DNA from: an uncultured Eubacteriales bacterium
GTDB lineage: Bacteria > Bacillota > Clostridia > Lachnospirales > Lachnospiraceae
Assembly (NCBI GenBank): GCA_900314565.1
Contig: OMVU01000006.1
Location: 66,074 to 130,073 of the forward strand
Direction of reading: 5' to 3'
Length of the DNA: 64,000 nt
This document shows positions 17,886-28,059 of this stretch, in pieces. Each line of letters begins with the position of its first letter. Position 1 is the stretch's first letter. A program made the translations under genes and the position numbers. The notes under the pieces are model-generated. The model did no database searches. It was given only the letters and a program-made list of their open reading frames with translations, and was not told the origin of the DNA.

Positions 17886-20800
17886 ATGACACAAGAGTTT
17901 GACTATTCCATCGTTAAAAATCCGCAGATCTTCCGGATCAACCGTCTGGATGCCCATTCCGATCATGAATATATCATGCCTTCTGAGAAAACCGGGGAGG
18001 GAAGCGCAGATTTCAGGTTCAGCCTGAACGGCGTCTGGCGTTTTTCCTGGGCGAAGAACTATGCTTCCGCGGTGCGCGGCTTCGAGTCTTCAGACTATGA
18101 CACCCGTGCCTGGGATACGATCCGCGTCCCCGCCCATATCCAGATGGAGGGGTACGGCCATCCGCAGTATGTCAATACCCAGTTCCCTTGGGACGGGTCG
18201 GAGGAAATTGAGCCGGGTGAGATCCCGGAGGAATTCAACCCTGTCGCGAGTTATGTCAGATATTTTTACGTGCCCGATTTCATGAGAGGCCGTCCTGTGC
18301 GCATCTCTTTCCAGGGCGCGGAGAGCGGTCTGGCGGTCTGGCTCAACGGGCATTTTGTCGGATATTCCGAGGACTCCTTCACGCCCTCCGAGTTCGACCT
18401 GACAGATTTTATAGATTATGAGCAGGAGAACAAGCTCGCAGTACAGGTCTTCCGGTTCACTTCCGGGAGCTGGCTCGAGGATCAGGATTTCTTCCGTATG
18501 AGCGGCCTCTTCCGCGACGTGTATCTCTTTACTTTTCCGGACGTACATATCGAGGATCTTCGGATCCGCACCCTTCTTGACGACGAGTATAAGGACGCGG
18601 ATCTTGAGATCGTGCTGAAAAGCCGTGTGCCCGGCAAAGTGATGATCTCGCTCATGGACGGAAAGAGAGAGCTCCTGCGGGAACAGGCAAAGCTTAACGG
18701 CGGGGAGGATGGGGAAGCCGCTGTGACGGAACTTCATTTTGCGGTGAAGGATCCGCACAAATGGTCCGCGGAAGATCCGTATCTCTACGACCTTGTGATC
18801 GACGTCCGGAATGAGGCCGGGGCCCTCACGGAAGTCATCCCGCAGAAAGTCGGGTTCCGGCGCTTCGAGATCAAAGATCACGTGATGTGTCTGAACGGGA
18901 AGCGGATCGTCTTCCGCGGTGTGAACCGCCACGAATTCTCCGCGCTTTCCGGGCGCACGATCAGGGATGAGGAGACCGTCAAGGATATTCTCACCATGAA
19001 GCGCAACAACATCAATGCGGTCCGCCTGAGCCATTATCCGAACAGCTCGCTGATCTACCGGCTCTGCGACCTGTATGGCCTTTATCTCATCGATGAGACC
19101 AATCTGGAGACGCACGGTATCTGGGATCATATCATCGACGGGACCCATCCGGTGGAGTACGCGCTCCCCGGTGACCGGCCCGAGTACACGGAAAATGTTC
19201 TGGACCGCGCCCGTTCCATGTACGAGCGGGACAAGAACCACCCGTCCATCCTTATCTGGTCCCTCGGAAATGAATCTTTCGGCGGGTCGAATCTCATGAC
19301 CATGCACGATGCATTTCATGAGTGGGATCCGACCCGGATCGTACACTATGAGGGTATCACGTGGGATGAGCGGTACCCGGACACCTCGGACGTAAAGAGC
19401 TCCATGTACTTTACGGTCGCTCAGATCAAAGAGTATCTGCAGGAAAATCGGACGAAGCCCTATATCAGCTGCGAATATACCCATGCGATGGGCAATTCCT
19501 GCGGGGCAATGCACAAATACACTGACCTCGCGGAGGAAGAGCCGCTTTATCAGGGCGGCTTCATCTGGGATTATATCGATCAGGTGATCCTTAAGAAGGA
19601 TCGCTATGGCAGGGAAGTGGCCGGCTACGGCGGAGATTTCGGCGACCGTCCGAACGACGGCAGTTTTTCCGGGAACGGGATCGTCTACGGCCGGAACCGG
19701 GAGCCGTCCCCGAAGATGCAGGAAGTCCGCTATAATTATCAGAGCATAGGAATTTCATTTTCGGAAAATGAAGTGCAGATCGCAAACCGCAATCTCTTCA
19801 CGAACACGGACGCCTATATCTGCCGTGTGACCCTTGAGCGCGAGGGCGAACTCTGTGAGGAGTACACGGGGCGCGTGTCGGTCGAACCGGGTGAGATGAA
19901 GACGATGAAGCTGCCGGTGACACCGCAGGAGGACGGAGAGTACGTCGTGACCGTGTCCTTCGAGCTTGCGGAGGATGCTCTCTGGGCACCGCGCGGGCAT
20001 GAGGTCGCCTGGGGGCAGAAGGTGTTCGGAAAGCGGCCTGAGCCGGTCCACGCGAAGTCGTATATGAAGATCGTGCGCGGGAAGGACAACATCGGGGTCC
20101 GCGGGGACGACTACGAATACCTCTTCTCGATCAAGCAGGGAGGACTTGTCTCCTTCCGGTACGCTGGTCAGGAGATGCTTCTCCGGCGGGTGCTGCCGAA
20201 TTTCTGGCGGCCGATGACGGAAAATGATCTCGCGAACCTCTACCCGTTCCGTGCCGGTGGCTTTAAGCTTGCAAGTATGTATATCACGCATAAGGCAGCC
20301 GGAGGAATGGGAGGACAGCTCCCCGTACTGAATGCGGGCGAGGAGTTCGCAGAGATCACCTATACATACTTCCTTCCGACCACGCCGCACAAGGAATGCA
20401 CGCTCACATATCTCGTTCACAGCGACGGAGTCTGCGACGTGACCCTTAAGATGGGGCCGTCGGCGGATGCGGGCGAGCTTCCCGAATTCAGCGTCCTCTT
20501 CTCACTGGATGCGGATCATGGCCGGATCAGGTGGTACGGTCTTGGTCCGGAGGAGACCTATTCGGACAAAAATCATGCGAAGCTCGGCGTCTATGAGGGA
20601 ACGGCGAAGGGAAACCTCGCGGATTACCTTGTTCCGCAGGAGAGCGGGAATAAGACAGGCGTGCGGTTCATGGAGGTCCTCGACGCGCGGGGAAGAGGAA
20701 TGCGCTTTGAGGGAGAGGATCTCTCCGTCTCGGTCCTTCCCTGGACACCGCACGAAATTGACAATGCGCAGCACGATGTGGAGCTTCCGCCGATCCATTT

Positions 20801-20933
20801 CACGCATGTACGTGTAGGACTTGCGCAGAACGGCGTCGGAGGAGACGATACCTGGGGTGCGCAGACGCATCCTGAGTACCGGATCGATAACTCGAAGGAG
20901 CTTGTTCTTCATTTTTCGTTCAGGGGACTGTAA
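17886..20933 (+). CDS. lacZ: Beta-galactosidase, GH2 (LacZ type)
   Basis: GVNRHEF, NAVRLSHYP, WSLGNES (acid/base), CEYTHAMGNS (nucleophile), QGGFIWD, and a C-terminal small-chain domain with GVGGDDTWG. Confidence 0.93.
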   Translation: MTQEFDYSIVKNPQIFRINRLDAHSDHEYIMPSEKTGEGSADFRFSLNGVWRFSWAKNYASAVRGFESSDYDTRAWDTIRVPAHIQMEGYGHPQYVNTQFPWDGSEEIEPGEIPEEFNPVASYVRYFYVPDFMRGRPVRISFQGAESGLAVWLNGHFVGYSEDSFTPSEFDLTDFIDYEQENKLAVQVFRFTSGSWLEDQDFFRMSGLFRDVYLFTFPDVHIEDLRIRTLLDDEYKDADLEIVLKSRVPGKVMISLMDGKRELLREQAKLNGGEDGEAAVTELHFAVKDPHKWSAEDPYLYDLVIDVRNEAGALTEVIPQKVGFRRFEIKDHVMCLNGKRIVFRGVNRHEFSALSGRTIRDEETVKDILTMKRNNINAVRLSHYPNSSLIYRLCDLYGLYLIDETNLETHGIWDHIIDGTHPVEYALPGDRPEYTENVLDRARSMYERDKNHPSILIWSLGNESFGGSNLMTMHDAFHEWDPTRIVHYEGITWDERYPDTSDVKSSMYFTVAQIKEYLQENRTKPYISCEYTHAMGNSCGAMHKYTDLAEEEPLYQGGFIWDYIDQVILKKDRYGREVAGYGGDFGDRPNDGSFSGNGIVYGRNREPSPKMQEVRYNYQSIGISFSENEVQIANRNLFTNTDAYICRVTLEREGELCEEYTGRVSVEPGEMKTMKLPVTPQEDGEYVVTVSFELAEDALWAPRGHEVAWGQKVFGKRPEPVHAKSYMKIVRGKDNIGVRGDDYEYLFSIKQGGLVSFRYAGQEMLLRRVLPNFWRPMTENDLANLYPFRAGGFKLASMYITHKAAGGMGGQLPVLNAGEEFAEITYTYFLPTTPHKECTLTYLVHSDGVCDVTLKMGPSADAGELPEFSVLFSLDADHGRIRWYGLGPEETYSDKNHAKLGVYEGTAKGNLADYLVPQESGNKTGVRFMEVLDARGRGMRFEGEDLSVSVLPWTPHEIDNAQHDVELPPIHFTHVRVGLAQNGVGGDDTWGAQTHPEYRIDNSKELVLHFSFRGL

Positions 20934-20994
20934 AGCAGGGCAGAGGATGCCCGGCCATCGCGAAATGCCGGGGAGCGAAGGAGAAGTTCTAAGG

Positions 20995-21051
20995 CTTGTG
21001 CAGATTGTTTGAATTGTTCACACAAATTCATTTCGAACAGAGTTTCGCAAG
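20995..21051. repeat. Repeat family C, degenerate copy
   Basis: TCACACAAATTCATTTCGAACAGAGTTTCGCAAG matches the right half of 40439-40488 and 58658-58707. Confidence 0.65.
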
Positions 21052-21086
21052 AGCCTGTCTGATGAACACGGATCAAAGGAGGAACC

Positions 21087-22052
21087 ATGAAAGCAGTTGT
21101 AATCGATAAAGTCACACCCGCCGAAGATATTCGCCTTGTGGACGTGCCGATCCCGGAAGTCATTCCGGGCTGGGTCCTTGTGAAAATAAAGGCCTTTGGC
21201 CTCAACTATTCCGAAAAGCTCCTGCGGATCTCGAGGATCACGCACAAATCCATCAAAAAGCCGTTGATTCCCGGGACGGAATGCGCCGGGCTGATCATCG
21301 ACCCGTCTGACAGCTCATTTAAGAAGGGGGATAAAGTCATCGCCTTCATGGGCGGGATGGGACGCCAGTACGACGGGAGCTATGCGGAGTACGCGCTCCT
21401 GCCGGCGGACCATGTCTTCCATGTGGATTCGGACCTTGAATGGCCGGAGATCGCTGCGGTCCCCAAGACCTACTTTACGGCGATGGGCGCGCTGTTCGGC
21501 TCTCTGAAGATTCAGCCTGAGGACACGCTCCTGATCCGCGGAGCGACCTGCGCGATGGGCTATGTCGCGCTGCAGATCGCGAAGACGGTCGGCTGCAAGG
21601 TCATCGCCGCAACGCAGCGGGAAGAAAAATTCGGCTTTCTCGAAGATGCGGACGTGGTCATCCCGGATGACGGCAGGATCACGGGAAAGGTCTTCGGAGC
21701 CAATAAGGCCATCGATCTCATCGGTCCGAAGAGCCTCATGGATACGCTCACCGCTGTCGAGCCCGGAGGGATCGTGTGCTGTACGGCCCTCATCGGAGGC
21801 GTCTACTCGATCGAGGATTTCAATCCGCTCAAGGATATCCCGAACGGCGTCTACCTGACGGGCTTCGACAGTGACAATCCGACGCAGAAGGATGTGGACA
21901 ACATCTTTGTTTTCCTGGATCAGAATAATCTGTCTCCGTCCGTCGGCGCGGTCTATGACTTTACAAATATTCGGGAAGCGCTCATGGATCTGGACTCTGT
22001 CAAGACCAACGGGAAGATCGTGGTCATGATGGAAGATTTTGACTGGGGCTGA
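21087..22052 (+). CDS. MDR superfamily quinone-oxidoreductase-like protein
   Basis: VLVKIKAFGLN, PGTECAG, GSYAEY, LIRGATCAMG and GKIVV; no Zn ligands evident. Confidence 0.85.
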   Translation: MKAVVIDKVTPAEDIRLVDVPIPEVIPGWVLVKIKAFGLNYSEKLLRISRITHKSIKKPLIPGTECAGLIIDPSDSSFKKGDKVIAFMGGMGRQYDGSYAEYALLPADHVFHVDSDLEWPEIAAVPKTYFTAMGALFGSLKIQPEDTLLIRGATCAMGYVALQIAKTVGCKVIAATQREEKFGFLEDADVVIPDDGRITGKVFGANKAIDLIGPKSLMDTLTAVEPGGIVCCTALIGGVYSIEDFNPLKDIPNGVYLTGFDSDNPTQKDVDNIFVFLDQNNLSPSVGAVYDFTNIREALMDLDSVKTNGKIVVMMEDFDWG

Positions 22053-22065
22053 AGACCGTAACTGA

Positions 22066-22121
22066 AAAAGAAGACATATAGCGAAGCGGGTCCGGACCCT
22101 GCTCCGCTATATGTCTTCTTT
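22066..22121. terminator. Bidirectional terminator overlapping the helicase 3' end
   Basis: AAAGAAGACATATAGCG...CGCTATATGTCTTCTTT. Confidence 0.7.
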
Positions 22122-24155
22122 GTCTTCTTCGATGAACCGCATGTAACCCGCCTCGATCGCACCCGGGTAGAGGAAGGCGCGCTCCTTATCCTCAAAGCGG
22201 ACCGTGATCTTTCCGTCTCCGCAGGATAGGACGGTCCCCCGCCCGAAGCTCCTGTGCATGACGGCCTGACCGGGCATGGCAGGCTCCTTTGCGCTTTCTT
22301 TCCGGTCCTGAGCAGCCAGCTGCTCCATGAACTCGGATTCGCGGCCGCAGGAGTAGATGTGCAGCTCATTTTTCGCGCGGGTCATCGCCACGTAGAGAAG
22401 TCGTCTCTCCTCCTCGATGCCCGCGATCGAGTTCTTGCTGTTCCTGTGCGGAACAATATTGAAATTCACGTCAATTACGAAGACGGTATCCCACTCGAGA
22501 CCCTTTGCCCTGTGCATGGTCGAAAGAACGATGCCGTCTTTATCTTTTATACGGCTCTGGTTCCGCACCGCAAGAGACGACTCCTTCGCATAGGAGAGCC
22601 AGTCGCCGACGGTCGCGAACCGGGAAGCGTCATTCTGAAGCTCTTCGAATTCGGATATAAGTTCCGTGAGTTCGATGTTTCGGAACTCAGCGTAGGAGCG
22701 CAGATACTCCTCGTAATGGATTCCCCGCGACCCGGTAAGGGCGGAAAAGACTTTCTGAGGAGAATCGGAGAAGGAGATTTTTCCCGGCCCGAAGGCCCGC
22801 ATCCATTCGCGGATGGATTTCTCCGCAGCCTCGTACTTCCAGCTGTCCCCGTACTTCAGGTAGCGGGCGGACAGGAGAAGGCCGCTGAGAGAGTACTCAG
22901 CACCGCGGAAATGCTCCTCGGAGAGGAAGCGCTGCGGTCGGTTCAGGATATACAGAAAGTCCGTCTGCGTACCCGTTCCCGTCGACAGTGCGATGTAGGA
23001 GCGGATCCCTGCAAAGATCCAGCCATCGTAGATCGATGTGACGCGCTCGGCCGGGCAGCAGGGAATCTCAGCTTTCAGCAGCAGGTCGACCGGGAGCGCA
23101 GCCTGGCGGTTCGTTCTGAAGAGAACTGCCATGTCGCGGTAGGCGACCCCCTGTCCGTGCCTGGCTTCAATATCACGGGCGAGGCAGGACATCTCCTGTT
23201 GGCGGTCGGCGGTGGGTGTGTAGAGCGCTTTGCCGATCTCTCCGCTCTTTCCCCTCTCGGAAATGAAATCCTTCGCGAACCTCGTTTTGTTGAAGGAGAT
23301 GAGGCGTGAAGCCACATTTACGACAGCCTGACAGGAGCGATAGTTCGTATCCATGTGGATCACCGTGCAGTTCGGAAAATCCTTCGGGAAATCCAGCATG
23401 ATCTCCGGATGAGCACCTCTGAAGCGGTAGACCGACTGGTCGTCATCCCCGACGACGCAGAGATTCCCGCTCTTTTCCGTGAGCAGGTAGAGGATATCTC
23501 TCTGAATGCTGTTCGTATCCTGATATTCATCACACTGAATATAGCGGAATCGGTCCTGCCAGCGGGCCAGGACGTCCGCATCGCTTTTGAGGAGGCGCAG
23601 GCAGAGGAGGAGCATGTCGTCAAAATCAAGCTTTTTGAGGGCCTGCTTTCTTTTTTCGTATGCCTTACAGACCGTGAGAAATGTCTTTTTCTCACAGCTT
23701 TCCGGTTTCAGTGTCTGAAGATCTGTGTAGTTGTTCTTGATGGATGTGATTTCCGTAGAGATGGAAAGGGAAAGCTCCCAGGCGTCGTTGACGCCCGGGA
23801 GGCCTTTAAGTGTGCGGAACAGAAAATCTCTCTTGTCATGCTCCGAAAGAAGGTCTGTGGTCTCGTAGAGGCCTTCCATGCGGAGAATATTGAAGCAGAG
23901 AGAGTGCAGCGTCAGGAAAACGACTCCTGACTCGCGGCCGTAGAGCGCGGCGTAGCGGTCTCTCATTTCCCCGGCTGCCGCGTTCGTGAAGGTCACCATG
24001 AGGATCTCCGACGGGCGGGCTCCCCGCCGGATCATATTTCGGATCCTGCGGAGAAGGGTCGTCGTCTTGCCGGAGCCCGGACAGCTGATGATCAGCATGG
24101 GGCCGTCGATTGTCTGGATAGCCTGTTCCTGGGCTGTATTTTTAGAAAACTGCGT
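22107..24155 (-). CDS. UvrD/PcrA-family SF1A DNA helicase (start apparently ACG at 24155; first ATG at 24098)
   Basis: PGSGKTT, TFTNAAA, DEYQD, VGDDDQSVYRFRGA, NYRS, STMHRAKGLEW, EERRLLYVAMTRAK and a C-terminal Tudor-like HRSFGRG segment. The Q-motif (NTAQEQAI..IDGP) lies upstream of the first ATG. Confidence 0.9.
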   Translation of the reverse strand, partial: TQFSKNTAQEQAIQTIDGPMLIISCPGSGKTTTLLRRIRNMIRRGARPSEILMVTFTNAAAGEMRDRYAALYGRESGVVFLTLHSLCFNILRMEGLYETTDLLSEHDKRDFLFRTLKGLPGVNDAWELSLSISTEITSIKNNYTDLQTLKPESCEKKTFLTVCKAYEKRKQALKKLDFDDMLLLCLRLLKSDADVLARWQDRFRYIQCDEYQDTNSIQRDILYLLTEKSGNLCVVGDDDQSVYRFRGAHPEIMLDFPKDFPNCTVIHMDTNYRSCQAVVNVASRLISFNKTRFAKDFISERGKSGEIGKALYTPTADRQQEMSCLARDIEARHGQGVAYRDMAVLFRTNRQAALPVDLLLKAEIPCCPAERVTSIYDGWIFAGIRSYIALSTGTGTQTDFLYILNRPQRFLSEEHFRGAEYSLSGLLLSARYLKYGDSWKYEAAEKSIREWMRAFGPGKISFSDSPQKVFSALTGSRGIHYEEYLRSYAEFRNIELTELISEFEELQNDASRFATVGDWLSYAKESSLAVRNQSRIKDKDGIVLSTMHRAKGLEWDTVFVIDVNFNIVPHRNSKNSIAGIEEERRLLYVAMTRAKNELHIYSCGRESEFMEQLAAQDRKESAKEPAMPGQAVMHRSFGRGTVLSCGDGKITVRFEDKERAFLYPGAIEAGYMRFIEEDKEDI

Positions 24156-24174
24156 GGTAGGATCCTCCGGTCTT

Positions 24175-25581
24175 TTACTTTCTGGACCACTTTACGCCCT
24201 GCTTCGTGTCCATGAGTTCGATGCCCATGGCCTTCAGCTGGTCGCGGATCTCATCCGCGCGGGCGAAGTTCCTTGCCTTGCGGGCGGCCTGACGCTCCTC
24301 GATGAGAGCTTCGATTCCTGCGTCGGGAATCTCCTTCTCCGGAAGCGCGATGATGCCGAGAATATCGCAGAGCATGGTGAGTACATCAAGTGTGCCCTGA
24401 GCCAGTGCCTTTGAGGCGGTCTCCGTGACGTTGGTGTTCGCGTAGCGCACAAGGTCGAAGATGACAGAGAGGGCGTCCGCCGTGTTGGCGTCGTCGTCCA
24501 TTTTCTCGTCAAAGCGGTCGACGTGGGCTTTGACTTCCGCGAGAATTTCATTTTCAGCAGGCTGAAGGTCCGTGACCGCCGCGGAAGCGGCGAGATCCGA
24601 GAGCCTGTCAGCGGCGCGGCGGATGCGCTCGAGTGAATTTCCGGCGGCTTCCATGAGATCGGCCGAGAAATTCAGCGGGCTTCTGTAGTGGGCGGACAGC
24701 ATGAAAATACGGAGGACCTGAAGGTCGTACTTCTCCGAAATGTCGCGCACGGTAAAGAAGTTGCCGAGAGACTTGGACATCTTCCTGTTGTCGATGTTCA
24801 GGAAGGCATTGTGCATCCAGTAGTTCGCGAAAATGTGGCCGGAGCAGCTTTCGGACTGGGCGATCTCATTTTCGTGATGCGGGAAGACCAGATCCTCGCC
24901 GCCGGCGTGGATATCGATCGACTCGCCCAGATACTTTTTGGACATGACGGAGCACTCAATGTGCCAGCCGGGCCTGCCGTCGCTCCACGGGGACGGCCAG
25001 GAGGGCTCGCCCTCCTTCTTCGGCTTCCAGAGTACGAAATCGAGCGGATCTTCCTTCTCATCCTCGCCGGAGACCTTGAGGTCGCGGAAGCCGGAGCGAA
25101 GGTCGTCCAGATTCTTGCCGGAGAGCTTGCCGTAGCCCGGGAAGCTTCTCGTGCGGAAGTAGACCGTGCCGTTCTTCTCATAGGCGTGGCCCTTTTCAAT
25201 CAGATCGGAGATCATGTCGATCATGCCGCCAATTTCCTGCGTTGCGAGCGGATGGGTGGTCGCCGGGCGGACGTTCATGCCTTCCATGTCCTTCTTGCAT
25301 TCTGCGATGTATCTCTGAGAAATGACATCCGCAGACACGCCCTCCTCGATGGCCGCCTTGATGATCTTGTCGTCGACGTCCGTGAAATTGGAAACATAGT
25401 TGACCTCATAGCCTTTATGTTCAAGATACCGGCGGACGGTGTCGAAGACGATCATGGGTCTCGCGTTTCCGATATGGATGAGGTTGTAAACGGTCGGGCC
25501 GCAGACGTACATACGTACCTTGCCGGGCTCGATCGGGACAAATTCTTCTTTGTGCATGGTGAGTGTATTGAAGATTTTCAT
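24175..25581 (-). CDS. cysS: Cysteinyl-tRNA synthetase
   Basis: [26 protein letters not shown] and KMSKS. Confidence 0.97.
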   Translation of the reverse strand: MKIFNTLTMHKEEFVPIEPGKVRMYVCGPTVYNLIHIGNARPMIVFDTVRRYLEHKGYEVNYVSNFTDVDDKIIKAAIEEGVSADVISQRYIAECKKDMEGMNVRPATTHPLATQEIGGMIDMISDLIEKGHAYEKNGTVYFRTRSFPGYGKLSGKNLDDLRSGFRDLKVSGEDEKEDPLDFVLWKPKKEGEPSWPSPWSDGRPGWHIECSVMSKKYLGESIDIHAGGEDLVFPHHENEIAQSESCSGHIFANYWMHNAFLNIDNRKMSKSLGNFFTVRDISEKYDLQVLRIFMLSAHYRSPLNFSADLMEAAGNSLERIRRAADRLSDLAASAAVTDLQPAENEILAEVKAHVDRFDEKMDDDANTADALSVIFDLVRYANTNVTETASKALAQGTLDVLTMLCDILGIIALPEKEIPDAGIEALIEERQAARKARNFARADEIRDQLKAMGIELMDTKQGVKWSRK

Positions 25582-25772
25582 GGTATTCTATCCTTCCTGT
25601 GGGACGTTCTTTTTATTTGGAAAATGAAAGGCCTGCCGATTCGTCTGCCTGCACAATACCGGGCTGACAGGAGGCAAAGTCTTTTTGATCTGTGCCCTGA
25701 GACAGGACTCTGAGCGTTATCAATCTGCCGGCAGACCCGCTCTGTGCCGTAGGTGCTTAACGGGGATCCGGG

Positions 25773-26573
25773 TCAGATATAATCTGCAAATACGCAGTCT
25801 CCGACTTCCTCGTAATCCCGCTCTTCGGGTTTGAGCTCATAGTGCGTCTTCTCCCGCAGATAGGAGGATTCGCACAGGCGGTCGTTCTGCTTATCCTGCT
25901 TCCCGTCTTTTTCCTGTCTCATCCGGGAGAGCTCCGACTCGACGGAGATCATGCGGTTGATCAGCTCGTTGTTGGCTCTCTGAAGAAGCTTCAGATCCTG
26001 CAGGATCGGATCGGGCAGGTTCGTCTGATCGATCGTATCGCGCGGGATGACCTGGTTCTTCATGCGGACGACACGTCCGGGAACGCCGACGACGGTACAG
26101 TTGGGCGGAACCGGTTTCAGGACAACGGAGCCCGCACCGATCTTGGAATTCGCGCCGATCCGGATGGATCCCAGAACTTTTGCCCCGGCGGAGACCATCA
26201 CGCCGTCTTCAAGCGTCGGGTGGCGCTTTCCCTGTTCTTTTCCCGTACCTCCGAGCGTTACGCCCTGGTACAGGGTGACATTGTCACCGATTTCACAGGT
26301 CTCGCCGATGACGACACCGGTGCCGTGGTCAATGAAGAATCCCTTCCCGATGGTCGCACCGGGATGGATCTCGATGCCCGTCCTGCGGACGGCGATCTGA
26401 GAGAGCAGGCGTGCGCGGAAATGCTTTCCTTCCATCCAGAGCCTGTGGGCCTTTCTGTGATAGCGCATGGCTGTGTAACAGGGGTAAAGAAGGACATCCC
26501 AGTATGTGCGAATCGCGGGATCGCGTTCTTTATAGACTTGATAGGTCTCCTTCAGCTCTTTGTACCAGCCCAT
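25773..26573 (-). CDS. cysE: Serine O-acetyltransferase
   Basis: ATG 26573 with GGAGG; GIEIHPGA, FIDHGTGVVIGET, RHPT and VVGVPGR hexapeptide repeats. Confidence 0.93.
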   Translation of the reverse strand: MGWYKELKETYQVYKERDPAIRTYWDVLLYPCYTAMRYHRKAHRLWMEGKHFRARLLSQIAVRRTGIEIHPGATIGKGFFIDHGTGVVIGETCEIGDNVTLYQGVTLGGTGKEQGKRHPTLEDGVMVSAGAKVLGSIRIGANSKIGAGSVVLKPVPPNCTVVGVPGRVVRMKNQVIPRDTIDQTNLPDPILQDLKLLQRANNELINRMISVESELSRMRQEKDGKQDKQNDRLCESSYLREKTHYELKPEERDYEEVGDCVFADYI

Positions 26574-26620
26574 ATCAGCTCCTCCATGGTATTCGTCCGG
26601 ATTCGGAATCCGTTTTTTTA

Positions 26621-26648
26621 AGTCTATCAAAACTCGTCGGTTTGTCAA
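26621..26648 (-). promoter_or_regulatory. Putative sigma-A promoter for cysE(-cysS)
   Basis: Minus strand TTGACA-16 nt-TAGACT with an extended TG. Confidence 0.65.
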
Positions 26649-26766
26649 GTTTCACGGATGCAAACATGCAGGCAGTATTCAGTGGCATGCATCGCTCCGC
26701 CGGCAATCCCGGTACTGCGGCAGGAACGCCCCGCTGCCGTTCCGGAAGCGAGGCGCCCTGGTATGA

Positions 26767-26797
26767 GTATTCAGGAAAGCCGAAGCCTTTCTGAATA
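26767..26797. terminator. Hairpin downstream of the thioesterase gene
   Basis: TATTCAGGAAAGC-CGAA-GCCTTTCTGAATA imperfect stem; no strong U tract. Confidence 0.4.
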
Positions 26798-26872
26798 GTC
26801 ATATATAGGTTTTCCTGTCAGTCATACAGAGGATTACCGTTCAGATATTTATCAAATATGAGACGGGGACTG

Positions 26873-27613
26873 TCACATCCCCGTCAGCTTGATACGGAAT
26901 TTCGGCCTGTCGCTCCTCCCCTCAAAGAGCCAGGTCCCGTTCTCCGTCAGCCATGTGATCTCGAAATTCTCTCCTGCGCGGATCTCGCTCAGGTATTCCG
27001 CATCGACCGAGACAGGGTGCGATCGCTCATGGACGGAGAAGGGGATCAGGTCGTCCGTCAGATCGAAATAGCCGCAGTTATTGATGTGACCGTTAATGTC
27101 GAGCATGCTGAAAGAGGCGGTGCGCGGGACGGTACGGACCCGCGGATCTCCTGCCTCCGGAAGCCGTTCCCTGATGGTGGCGGGGAGCGGAAGAGCGTGT
27201 CCGGTGTTCATTTCCCCGATTTCGATTCCGTGCTCATCCGGGAAAATGAACCCCCTGCTCTCTGCGTCGATCAGCATCCAGAGCGCGCTGCCTGTGATGA
27301 TGACATCGCCGCCGCTGACGACTTCATAGAAACGCGGGAAGAGGACGTGCATCATCTCTCCCGGCCAGGAACGGATCGTGATCTCCTCATCGTACTCAGG
27401 CATACGCCGGATGTCGACGTGCTGCTTTGTGATGATCCAGAGAAGCCCCCGGTCGAGCGTTTTCTCCCGTCCCATGCCGAGAGCCTCCGTGTGTGCGATG
27501 GAAGCCTCCTGAAAGAATTCGAGCAGAACTGAGAGGCGGAGCCTGCGGCAGCACGTGACATGCTGGCTTCGGATCCGCAGCGTCCGCTCATAGGGCCCGA
27601 TGCTGCCTTCCAT
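26873..27613 (-). CDS. Acyl-ACP thioesterase (FatA/FatB-like double hot-dog)
   Basis: FFQEASIAH, W.I....VDI.RMP and DINGHINNCGY catalytic motif; GGAGG RBS. Confidence 0.88.
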   Translation of the reverse strand: MEGSIGPYERTLRIRSQHVTCCRRLRLSVLLEFFQEASIAHTEALGMGREKTLDRGLLWIITKQHVDIRRMPEYDEEITIRSWPGEMMHVLFPRFYEVVSGGDVIITGSALWMLIDAESRGFIFPDEHGIEIGEMNTGHALPLPATIRERLPEAGDPRVRTVPRTASFSMLDINGHINNCGYFDLTDDLIPFSVHERSHPVSVDAEYLSEIRAGENFEITWLTENGTWLFEGRSDRPKFRIKLTGM

Positions 27614-27625
27614 GTGATCCCTCCG

Positions 27626-27883
27626 TCAGTTTTTCTGATACTTCTCGATCGCGTCGACGACCTGACCGAGTGTCTTCAGCTTGTTCCACTGTCTGTTGGG
27701 GATCTTAACGTTGAACTCGGCTTCGAGCTTGCAGATGACCATGATAAAGCTCATGGAATCCATGGACATATCGGTGTTGACGACGGAAGCCTCCGTCAGC
27801 TCGACGCCCTGAAGCTCAGGGACGCAGTTGTGGATGATCTCTATCGTCTTCGCAGTGATCTCTGCTCTTGATAATTTTGCCAT
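27626..27883 (-). CDS. Acyl carrier protein
   Basis: 85 aa; MDSM phosphopantetheine serine and LEAEFNVKIP..TLGQVVD; GAGGAGA RBS before ATG 27883. Confidence 0.88.
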   Translation of the reverse strand: MAKLSRAEITAKTIEIIHNCVPELQGVELTEASVVNTDMSMDSMSFIMVICKLEAEFNVKIPNRQWNKLKTLGQVVDAIEKYQKN

Positions 27884-28059
27884 TACAGTATCTCTCCTCA
27901 TTATCTTTTTGTTTATCTGAGCGGTGCTGTTCGCATTCCGCGTGCGCTCCATGCGCATGCCGTGCTGCAGACCCCTTGCCCGGCATAAGGCTCATTTCCT
28001 GCCTGCCCGGTCTGCACGGGAAGTTCATTTCCTGCGGGCCGTACGTACCTCGTTGATGA

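Noticed and set aside
25582-25772. T-box leader expected before cysS or cysE
   Set aside because: No UGGNACC T-box sequence or terminator/antiterminator found here or upstream of cysE.
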